64,000 nucleotides of DNA from a virus (Duplodnaviria; Heunggongvirae; Uroviricota; Caudoviricetes). Below, piece by piece: positions 16,334 through 25,500 of the stretch. Under the pieces are notes generated by a model. It searched no databases. It saw nothing but the letters and a program-made list of their open reading frames with translations, and was not told the origin of the DNA. Where the stretch lies: positions 1 through 64,000 of IMG/VR virus record IMGVR_UViG_3300023174_000136; one strand, 5' to 3'. The stretch's first letter is position 1. Each line of letters begins with the position of its first letter. The position numbers were made by a program, and so were the translations under genes.

Positions 16334-16966
16334 ATGACTGATTTATCTAAATTATCACCAATTGAAGCATTACAAACAAAATGTGGAATAACAGTTGATG
16401 GCCAGTGGGGACGCAATACATTTGAGGCAGCAGCTGCCCACTTTAAGTTGTCGGGTGCTCGTGCTGCTCACTTCTTTGGACAGTGCAATCACGAAACAGG
16501 AAACTTCAAGGCATTCTCCGAGAACCTTAACTATTCAGATAAGGGATTGAATGGAATCTTTAAGAAGTATTTTCCTACGATAGCTTCTACTGCTGGCTAC
16601 GCGCGTAAGCCAGAGAAGATTGCTAACAAAGTTTATGCAAATAGAATGGGTAATGGCAACGAAGCATCAGGCGATGGCTATAAGTATCGCGGACGCGGAG
16701 CAATCCAATTAACTGGTAAGGCAAACTATCAAGCATTTGCAACGCATATCGGTCGTCCAGATGTAATGACCAACCCAGATATTGTATCAACTGAGTTAGC
16801 ATTTGAATCAGCATTGTTCTTCTTTGAAAAGAATAACCTATGGGCAATTTGTGACAAAGGATTGAACAATGATGTAATCACCTCTGTTACCAAAAAGGTC
16901 AACGGAGGAACAAACGGTCTTGATGATCGAATTGCAAAGACACAGACCTTTGCAGCCTGGATCTAA
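16334..16966 (+). CDS. endolysin, GH19 (class I chitinase-like) lysozyme
   Basis: YANRMGNGNEASGDGYKYRGRGAIQLTGKANYQAF is the GH19 catalytic signature. Confidence 0.8.
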   Translation: MTDLSKLSPIEALQTKCGITVDGQWGRNTFEAAAAHFKLSGARAAHFFGQCNHETGNFKAFSENLNYSDKGLNGIFKKYFPTIASTAGYARKPEKIANKVYANRMGNGNEASGDGYKYRGRGAIQLTGKANYQAFATHIGRPDVMTNPDIVSTELAFESALFFFEKNNLWAICDKGLNNDVITSVTKKVNGGTNGLDDRIAKTQTFAAWI

Positions 16967-16977
16967 GGAGAATAACA

Positions 16978-17226
16978 ATGAAACATATTTTGAACTATAT
17001 GCATAGAATTTTGGCTGATCCAAATGGAAATCCCTCATCAAAACGTTTAGTCACACTTGTTTGTACTATGCTAATGACCATTGGATTTATTGCAAATCTA
17101 TTCTGGGAATTTAAAATTGATGAATTCATTTTTAACTCAGTGATGTACATTATAATTGGTGGTATGGGAATTACTGGCGTTGAGAAATTTGCACCAAAAT
17201 CACCAACTGATAACATTGCTGAATAA
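16978..17226 (+). CDS. holin-like small membrane protein (two transmembrane helices)
   Basis: AAGGAG RBS. It lies directly after the endolysin and has hydrophobic helices LVTLVCTMLMTIGFIANLFW and VMYIIIGGMGITGV. Confidence 0.4.
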   Translation: MKHILNYMHRILADPNGNPSSKRLVTLVCTMLMTIGFIANLFWEFKIDEFIFNSVMYIIIGGMGITGVEKFAPKSPTDNIAE

Positions 17227-17242
17227 TTCGTAGGGGAATATC

Positions 17243-17866
17243 ATGACCATTTATTACATCAACACCGGTACTAGTCCAAATAAAGGTGATGGTGATCCCC
17301 TACGCACGGCATTCAATAAAATTAATCAAAACTTCACATATTTGTCTACTGCTAGTTTCAGTGGTGGCACTGCTGGCGGAAAATATGCTATAGACGGTGG
17401 CAATGCAGCATCCGATGTTACCGGAGAAGTACTAGTTGATGTCTCGACTGTTTTAGTTAATATACTTGGCAGTGTATCAACAATCAATGGCCAGTTAATA
17501 ATAAACGGAGTTACTGGTAAAATTGAATTGTCTGCATTGCCTAATTCATTACCGGCAGTTTTTAATCTCACTGCAAATTTTAACTCTACAGGTAATTTAA
17601 GTAATTTGACCAATCTTCCAACTGGATGGAGTTATTCTCAGGCGGGAAATATAGTTACTATAAATCATAATATTGGAAGACAACCCTTTCAAATTTCATA
17701 TTGGGGTTATTCAGTTACAGAAGGTCAACGATTAAGATTCCCTACAGCGGGGTATCAAGTTAGTAGAACAACCACTTCACCATATTCATTTACTATGAAT
17801 TTAAACTCTGCGGTCACTGGTGCAGATAATAATCAATATGCAGTAGTTGGAATAATGTTTGTATGA
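17243..17866 (+). CDS. tail-fibre/virion structural protein
   Basis: N-terminal motif GDGDPLRTAFNKINQNF, followed by a Thr/Ser/Asn/Gly-rich beta-rich sequence. Confidence 0.5.
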   Translation: MTIYYINTGTSPNKGDGDPLRTAFNKINQNFTYLSTASFSGGTAGGKYAIDGGNAASDVTGEVLVDVSTVLVNILGSVSTINGQLIINGVTGKIELSALPNSLPAVFNLTANFNSTGNLSNLTNLPTGWSYSQAGNIVTINHNIGRQPFQISYWGYSVTEGQRLRFPTAGYQVSRTTTSPYSFTMNLNSAVTGADNNQYAVVGIMFV

Positions 17867-18660
17867 CACAGTTAGCTCCATCAAAGGTTCTTAAAATAAA
17901 CATTTTGAATCTAACTCCGGTTGAGCAATATGGACAAGAACCTAATCCAAATCAACCTTGGAGATTTTCTGCCAATTTAACAATTGTGCCTCAACTACAT
18001 AGTGACCCAAGAACACCTCGTCCTGGAGTATATAACGGATACGATGTTGTTGTAGGTGATTACATTCTTTCACGAACATCTAGAGTTTTAAGAATTATTC
18101 AAATCAATTACCAAGATGATGACCAAGTAACATGTGTGCTAGAAGATCATAAACGATTAAACAGTAGTGTTGATGTGACTCAATCCGGTGAAAGTTCAAT
18201 TGATACAGGCCAGGGATTACTTTTTACATTGGCTTCTGGATTGCCTGTACTGTTTCCACTGCCAGGTGATTTGGGAAATCTTAGTTTTGAAAGTTTAGTT
18301 GAGGTGTTAGGAAGATTCGTTTATTCCGAGGGATTTGCCTTGATTAATATGAATGATCTTGACATTACGAATCTACAACAAGGATCAATTTTAACTTATT
18401 CTACATCAACTGAGACTTGGAATGCAACCTCTTTAAACAGTACAACATTTTCAATATCCAGTGGAACTATTTCTCTTAAAACAATAGGAACTTCTCTAGG
18501 CGGAACAGGTATTACTTCTTATACTACTGGTGATATTCTATACGCATTATCATCATCGACTCTGGTGACTTTGTCCAAACCTTCTACTTTTTCTTTTCTT
18601 ACAATGGATAATAATGGAACACCTAGTTGGGCCAATACAGTTGACGGCGGAACTTACTAA
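17863..18660 (+). CDS. virion structural / fibre-associated protein
   Basis: ATGA overlap. 265 aa, rich in Ser, Thr, Asn and Leu. Confidence 0.45.
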   Translation: MTQLAPSKVLKINILNLTPVEQYGQEPNPNQPWRFSANLTIVPQLHSDPRTPRPGVYNGYDVVVGDYILSRTSRVLRIIQINYQDDDQVTCVLEDHKRLNSSVDVTQSGESSIDTGQGLLFTLASGLPVLFPLPGDLGNLSFESLVEVLGRFVYSEGFALINMNDLDITNLQQGSILTYSTSTETWNATSLNSTTFSISSGTISLKTIGTSLGGTGITSYTTGDILYALSSSTLVTLSKPSTFSFLTMDNNGTPSWANTVDGGTY

Positions 18661-18713
18661 ATAACATAGACTGGTTTTTACCTTAACGTCTTGTGTCCTT
18701 ATTAGGAGTTGCT

Positions 18714-21700
18714 ATGCCCGATTTACCAATATATCTAAAAAGATCATCAGTTTCTGGCAAAGTTCCGACCGCTGCTGATCTAGCCTATGGCGAATTGGCC
18801 CTAAACTACACTGATGGTAAATTATATTTTAAATTATCAAATGATGTAATTCATCAAATTCCTGATAGAGCAAATAATGATTTAAGATATCTACTACAAG
18901 CTGGTGGTACGATGACCGGTACACTGGTCATTAATGAATTGACTATTGCTAATTCAACTATGTCTGGAGCATTACAGGTTCGCGGCGGACTTGGAGTCGG
19001 AGGTAGCATTTATGCTTCTGACGTATATTCAAATGGATTAAAGATAGAGGCATTTAATACTTCAACACTAGTTGCACAATCAGTTAGTGCCACAACATCT
19101 AACTTTGCAACAACATCTGGATTTGCACAGAGTTTTAATACCAGTACACTTGTAGCAAATGCAGTCTCTGCATCTACATCAAACTATGCAACTACTAGTG
19201 GATTTGCACAGAGCTTCAACACTTCAACTCTTGTGGCAAATGCAGTATCAGCCACTACAGCCAGTTTTGCAACAACAAGTGGATATGCAGAATCATTTAA
19301 TACAAGTACACTGGTTGCAAATGCAGTATCAGCCACTACAGCCAGTTTTGCAACAACAAGTGGATATGCAGAATCATTTAATACCAGTACACTGGTTGCA
19401 AATGCAGTCTCTGCAACAACATCTAACTATGCAACAACCAGTGGTTATGCACAGAGCTTCAACACAAGTACTTTAGTGGCAAATGCGGTATCAGCTACAA
19501 CATCTAATTATGCAACTACTAGTGGTTATGCAGAATCATTTAATACTGCGACACTTGTATCAAATGCGGTTACTGCGCAGAGTTTAGGCACTGGTATTAT
19601 TAATATTCATAATGCAACTAGTTCCAGTTACTACGGTGATGGTGCATTGATTGTTGCTGGTGGTGTGGGTATAGCCAATGGATTAAATGTTTATGGTAAT
19701 ACAAATATTACAGGTAATCTCAGTGTCTCTGGTAGTATAACAGGAACTAACATATCAGTCACTGTAAATCAAGTTACAGCAACAAGTGGTGTATTTTTTG
19801 GGGACGATACAGGTGCTGGTGCATTATACGCAGGTATACCGGGATATACTCCATTTGGTCAGACTATGTTCCAGGCCGCAGGTAATTTTAATGATTACAT
19901 GGAAATAAATGTTCAAAATATCAATCCAGGAACTAAGAATAGTACAGATATAGTTGCGTCTGCTGACAATGTTGGATTTAATAATTCATTTATTGATATG
20001 GGCATTACTGGCAGCGGATGGGACGGAAGTCAGCATTATAGCTTTGGTACAGTTTTAAATCCCAATGACGGATACCTATTGGTTGGTCATAACACAGTTG
20101 ACAATAGAGGCTCATTGGTAATAGGTACGACTACCAGCGGTACAAATATTAAATTTGTAGTAGCAGCAACTAATGCAAGCTCATCATTAACTCAGGTTAC
20201 ATCAGAATCGGTTGCAATGTCTATAAATCCAGCTGGTACACTTGCAATTTCAACAACCACTGGTGCATTAGTAGTTGTTGGCGGCGTGGGTATTAGTGAT
20301 AGTCTACATGCTGGTAATATATATTCTAACGGAATACTTCTTCAAAATTTTAGTACATCTACACTGGTAGCAAATGCAGTATCAGCAACAACGTCAAACT
20401 ACGCAACAACTAGTGGATTTGCACAGAGCTTTAATACTTCGACACTGGTAGCAAATGCAGTATCAGCAACAACGTCAAACTACGCAACAACTAGTGGATT
20501 TGCACAGAGCTTTAATACAAGCACTTTAGTAGCAAATGCAGTATCAGCAACAACGTCAAACTACGCAACAACTAGTGGATTTGCACAGAGCTTTAATACA
20601 AGCACTTTAGTAGCAAATGCAGTATCGGCAACTAATTTTACTTCTGGAAGAATTGATGGTAGATTAGTTTTAAGTCCAGGAGCAAATAGTACATCTGCTT
20701 GGACTACTAATGGCGTTGCATTAATTCAATCAAGTGCTACTTATACTGACCTAACGTCTTCAGGTACTGTTGCCGCGACGTATGTTAATTTATTTGGTGC
20801 ACCGACTGTCGCGGCAACTAATACTACCACATATACAGAAGCATATAATACATATTTTAAAAGTCCAGTTGCTGGTACAAATACTGCTATTACTAGTGCT
20901 TATGCATTGGGCGCAGATTCGTTAAGTGTGAATGGTAGCGTAGGCGTCCCATTAGGTGGTGCTGGCCTCATTTTTAGTGTGGGTTCATCACAGAGCAACT
21001 CGACTATTAGAATAGGCGGCGCCTCTCAAACTGGTGAATTGACTTTTGGTAGATCCACAGTATCGCAAACTACTTATATTCAGGCTTCTGCTAACACATC
21101 TGGAACAATTAAGACCATTAACTTTGGCACAAGTGGTCTTACAAACTCAAACACTTTACTTAATATCGGTCCAGTATTAGGCACGGGAACTTTTGCAGTT
21201 AACGCAGGTACTGTAGTAACGATTGCTAATACTGCTTCATCTAATAGTACGACTACTGGTGCATTGCAGGTTGTGGGTGGAGTTGGAGTAGGAGGCAATC
21301 TCAATGTTGGCGGCGTAATTACTGCAACAAACATTTATGTTGGAACTTGGCCAGTATCAACCGGTTCAGGTGGTGGCGGACTTTCCTCTGTTGCGATTCA
21401 GTACAACGGTGCATCTATTGGATCTGCTACTACTATTAACTTTGCCACTGGCACTACAGCCACCGTTACTGGATCAGTAGTAACATTGCAAGTATTGTCA
21501 GTAAACACCGCATCATTTGCAACTACTAGTGGATTTGCACAATCATTTAATACTTCAACATTAGTTGCTAATGCAGTATCGGCATCTACATCAAACTATG
21601 CAACTACCTCTGGATTTGCACAATCATTTAATACAAGTACATTAGTTGCTAATGCAGTTTCTGCATCTACATCAAACTATGCAACAACTAGTGGTTTTGC

Positions 21701-22109
21701 ACAGAGCTTCAATACAAGTACACTCGTTGCAAATGCGGTATCGGCAACTACAGCTTCATTTGCAACAACATCTGGTTATGTGCCTAGCTATCAAACAACT
21801 GCGTCAATTACAAATAATGTGCTAACCATAAATCTAACAACAAGTACACTATTTAATGTCAATATGACTGCGGCTATAAACACAGTGACTATAACAAATG
21901 TTGCTGCATCTGGAACAATTTCCAGCTTTATACTAGCACTAAATAATCAAGGATCAGTGTATTCAGTAGTTTGGCCTACATCATTTAGATGGTCCGGAGG
22001 CACTGCGCCAACACTAACTGGTACATTGAATAAAAAAGATGTTATTGTTGCATACACAGATGACAGTGGATCTAACTATTATGCATTTGTTTCAGGAAAT
22101 AATTTATAA
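18714..22109 (+). CDS. large tail fibre with three arrays of a 27-aa (81-bp) tandem repeat
   Basis: AGGAG RBS before ATG 18714. The track's TTG at 18693 is in the same frame. The unit FNTSTLVANAVSATTSNYATTSGFAQS occurs 13 or more times. The N-terminus, LKRSSVSGKVPTAADLAYGELALNYTDGKLYFK, is fibre-like. Confidence 0.7.
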   Translation: MPDLPIYLKRSSVSGKVPTAADLAYGELALNYTDGKLYFKLSNDVIHQIPDRANNDLRYLLQAGGTMTGTLVINELTIANSTMSGALQVRGGLGVGGSIYASDVYSNGLKIEAFNTSTLVAQSVSATTSNFATTSGFAQSFNTSTLVANAVSASTSNYATTSGFAQSFNTSTLVANAVSATTASFATTSGYAESFNTSTLVANAVSATTASFATTSGYAESFNTSTLVANAVSATTSNYATTSGYAQSFNTSTLVANAVSATTSNYATTSGYAESFNTATLVSNAVTAQSLGTGIINIHNATSSSYYGDGALIVAGGVGIANGLNVYGNTNITGNLSVSGSITGTNISVTVNQVTATSGVFFGDDTGAGALYAGIPGYTPFGQTMFQAAGNFNDYMEINVQNINPGTKNSTDIVASADNVGFNNSFIDMGITGSGWDGSQHYSFGTVLNPNDGYLLVGHNTVDNRGSLVIGTTTSGTNIKFVVAATNASSSLTQVTSESVAMSINPAGTLAISTTTGALVVVGGVGISDSLHAGNIYSNGILLQNFSTSTLVANAVSATTSNYATTSGFAQSFNTSTLVANAVSATTSNYATTSGFAQSFNTSTLVANAVSATTSNYATTSGFAQSFNTSTLVANAVSATNFTSGRIDGRLVLSPGANSTSAWTTNGVALIQSSATYTDLTSSGTVAATYVNLFGAPTVAATNTTTYTEAYNTYFKSPVAGTNTAITSAYALGADSLSVNGSVGVPLGGAGLIFSVGSSQSNSTIRIGGASQTGELTFGRSTVSQTTYIQASANTSGTIKTINFGTSGLTNSNTLLNIGPVLGTGTFAVNAGTVVTIANTASSNSTTTGALQVVGGVGVGGNLNVGGVITATNIYVGTWPVSTGSGGGGLSSVAIQYNGASIGSATTINFATGTTATVTGSVVTLQVLSVNTASFATTSGFAQSFNTSTLVANAVSASTSNYATTSGFAQSFNTSTLVANAVSASTSNYATTSGFAQSFNTSTLVANAVSATTASFATTSGYVPSYQTTASITNNVLTINLTTSTLFNVNMTAAINTVTITNVAASGTISSFILALNNQGSVYSVVWPTSFRWSGGTAPTLTGTLNKKDVIVAYTDDSGSNYYAFVSGNNL
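19053..19590 (+). repeat. 81-bp coding tandem repeat array 1 (about 6.5 copies)
   Basis: Repeated DNA and peptide units are visible. Copies differ at a few codons (SNY/ASF, FAQ/YAE). Confidence 0.8.
20347..20640 (+). repeat. 81-bp coding tandem repeat array 2 (about 3.5 copies, nearly identical DNA)
   Basis: The unit tttaatac...gcaaatgcagtatcagcaacaacgtcaaactacgcaacaactagtggatttgcacagagc is repeated almost exactly. Confidence 0.8.
21507..21790 (+). repeat. 81-bp coding tandem repeat array 3 (about 3.5 copies)
   Basis: Same unit, with SAS/SAT variants. Confidence 0.8.
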
Positions 22110-22591
22110 TGAGTAATTGGGCTTATGTTGAAAATAATCAAGTAACTGATCTTTATTATGATCTGCCAACTAATTGGCGCAACATCAGTAACTTTTTTAC
22201 TCTTGCGGATAATCTTGCGTTTTTGCAAACATTCGGCTGGTATCCTGTTGAAAAAGTAACTCCAAGTTTTAATTCATCTACCCAAGAATTATCTGCGCCA
22301 AGATTTGAAATTACAGATGACAAAGTTTTAGAAATTAGAGATATCATTGATCTTCCTGTTATTCCCCAAGAAGTATTGTTGAATCAACAATGGAATGTGA
22401 TAAAAGCCGAACGCGATCAATTGATGATACAAAATGATTGGAGATATGCTCGAAACTCGCGAGAAATTAGACTAGGTTTGACTCCTACTGAAACTTTAGA
22501 AACAATAGATAATTATATGCAAGCATTAGCAGACATTACTAAACAAACAGATCCATTTAATATAATATGGCCAACATATAACGGAGTATAA
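22109..22591 (+). CDS. hypothetical protein, possibly a fibre assembly/chaperone protein by position
   Basis: TAATG-coupled to the fibre gene. 160 aa. I recognise no motif. Confidence 0.45.
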   Translation: MSNWAYVENNQVTDLYYDLPTNWRNISNFFTLADNLAFLQTFGWYPVEKVTPSFNSSTQELSAPRFEITDDKVLEIRDIIDLPVIPQEVLLNQQWNVIKAERDQLMIQNDWRYARNSREIRLGLTPTETLETIDNYMQALADITKQTDPFNIIWPTYNGV

Positions 22592-22592
22592 T

Positions 22593-25500
22593 ATGCCATT
22601 CTTATTAGAAAAATGGTTATTGACAATTGCACAACAACAAACTTCAGTAACTCCAGTAACTTCTGGATATCTTTATCAAGGTGGTATTAATGCTAATCTT
22701 ACTCAAATTGGAGTAAGTTCCTGGTCTCAGGTTTCATCAGGTTATGCAGACGATAATACCTATGTTCTTCAAGATTCCACGGCTAAAATTACAGTCTTTT
22801 CTACTAGTAATTCTTGGGGACAACTGGGATCAGGAGTCACTGGATCTAGTGGAGGAACTAGTTATCAGCATTCTGGGTCTTGGAAAACTGTTAGCACGGA
22901 TGGAAATTCTGTTATAGGTATAAAAACAGATGGTACATTGTGGGTCTGGGGAAAAAATGACATAGGTCAATTGGGCCTTGTTAATGTAGTTACACTTTCT
23001 AAAGTATCTCCTAGTGGCGATCATACTCTTGGAATTGATCCATTAGGAAAATTATATGCATGGGGAAGAAATCATGTAGGTCAATTAGGTGTTAATAACA
23101 CTACACTACAACCAAATATTCCTACATTAATAGATTCAGGATCTTGGATTCAAGTATCAGCTAGTCTCGGTAATTTTAGTAGTGCAGCAATTCGCGGTGA
23201 TAATACTCTTTGGACATGGGGCGGTAATTCCAGTGCTCAATTAGGACATGGAGATACTGAATCTAAAAGTTCCCCTACGCAAATAGCAGGATCTTGGGCG
23301 CAGGTTTCCATGGGAACAAGTCACACACTGATGCTGAAAACAGATGGCACTGTTTGGGGGACAGGTGTTAATAATAAGGGACAACTAGGAACTTTATCAC
23401 AATCTTGGACTCAAGTTGCAATTGGAGCAAGCCACTCTCTTGCAATTAGCTCTAATGGAACACTCTGGGGATGGGGTTCTAATGGTTATTTACAAATTGG
23501 ATATAGTGTTGGTGGATTTTATAGAAGTCAGCCAGGTTTAGTAACATCAGGATCTTGGAAATCAGTTAGTGCTGGTGTTAGCTATAGTTTGGCGATTGAT
23601 AGCAATGGACTTCTTTATGCCTGGGGCGATAATTTATGGGGACAATTAGGTACAGGAACAAGTGATGATCAGTATTCCACTCCTCAGTTAGTGTCTGGAG
23701 GCGGATCGTGGAAGATAGTATCTGCTACTGAAAGAGGCACGATAGCAATAAAAACAGATGGTACTCTTTGGGCCTGGGGGTATAATCAGCTGTTTAATCA
23801 ACTTGGTCTGAGTTTTACAGATAATTATTATTTAGTTCCTGCCAGACCTTCAAATTCCGCTGGAAGCTGGAATACAGTATCAGCTGGTTCTTCTCACACC
23901 TTGGCAATAAAATCAGATGGTACACTTTATGCCTGGGGTGATAATACTTATGGTCAATTAGGTAATCAACCTTCAGCAGCACTATCATGGTCGCAAATAG
24001 TTTTAGGTAATGCTCACACAGTTGCACTTAGGTCCGATGGAGCATTGTTTACTTGGGGCGCAAATACATACGGGCAGTTAGGTAATAGTAGCTCAACTGC
24101 GGCACAGTCGCCATTCAAAGTAGGATCAAGTTCTTGGGCATTTGTTTCCGCTGGAGCATCACACTCTGCTGCCATTGACATTAATGGATCTCTTTACTTA
24201 TGGGGTCTTAATACTGGTGGCAGACTTGGCGACGGTACAGTAGTATCAAGATCGTCGCCGGTTCAAGTATCGGGTGGTGGAGTTTGGACTCGCGTGGCAT
24301 GTGGACTAACCCATACAACTGCAATAAAATCTGGCGGACTATTATTTTCGTGGGGCGCAAATACTAGTGGTGTTTTAGGACTAGGTACATCAACTGCGGC
24401 TGCTTCAAGTCGTTCGACTCCTCAACAAATTGGTGCCAGTACTTGGTCATTTGTTTCATCTATAAATCTTCATGTTGCAGCTATAACTACTACTGGATTA
24501 CTATTTGCATGGGGCGACGGTGCCGATAGTAAAATTGGAGACGGATTTGCAGTGAACCGTTCATCTCCGGTTCAAGTAGGAACTGGATTTTCTTGGAAAA
24601 CAGCAAGTGCTGGAATAAACCACACGTCCGCAATAAGAACGGATGACACTTTATGGCTGTGGGGACTAGGAACCACTGGACAACTTGGTGATAATACAAG
24701 AGTTACAAAAGCTAGTCCTGTACAGGTTGCAGGCACAGGAACATGGGCCGCAACTGCATCAGGTAATAGTTATACAGTAGCAATCAAAACAGACGGATCA
24801 CTGTTTTCTTGGGGAGCTACGAGTCATATTTTAGGTGATGGCACTACTGTGAGTAGAAGCAGCCCAGTGCAGATTGCTTCATTCGCAGGAACATGGACGT
24901 CGGTTTCTGCAAACTTAAGCACTGCGGTTCTGGTAAACAACAATCGAAGTATTTGGGGATGGGGTGCAAACGCCTCGGGGCAGTTAGGTATTGGAGATAT
25001 TACTACCAGAAGTTCTCCGGTACAAATTGGTGCATCGTTTGCTACAGCAGGAGTTTCTCTAATTTCTTCTGCAACTAATTGGACCGCAGTCTCTGCCGGT
25101 CAATATCATTCTTTGGCCTTAAAATCAGATGGTACACTATGGGCTTGGGGGTCAGGAGTATATGGTCAGTTAGGTCAAGGTAATATTACTTCTTATGCCA
25201 GTCCCGTACAAGTTGTTGGTACATGGACAGCAATAGCAGTGGGAGTGAATCATTCATTGGCAATTAAAAATGATCTTAAAGTTTATGGATGGGGCAGAGG
25301 TGACCTTTATGCTCTTGGAGGCAGTTCTAACATATATACTCCTACTATACTCTACAATTCAACTAATTCAAATTCAATTGCAGCCGGAGGCAACAATTCT
25401 GCGTACTTGATTCCAGGAAATGATAACCTATATACCACGGGATTGAATACTCAAGGACAAAATGGATGGTTCAATACATTTGCTCCTTCTGGTACCGGAT

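Noticed and set aside
19159-19476. 105-aa Q/L-rich ORF in an alternate + frame
   Set aside because: It lies entirely within the 81-bp tandem-repeat array of the fibre gene. Repeat periodicity keeps a second frame open artefactually.
19053-21790. Possibility that the regularly spaced near-identical repeats are a CRISPR array
   Set aside because: The repeats are contiguous with no unique spacers, are in-frame multiples of 3 and encode a conserved peptide inside a long ORF. They are coding tandem repeats.
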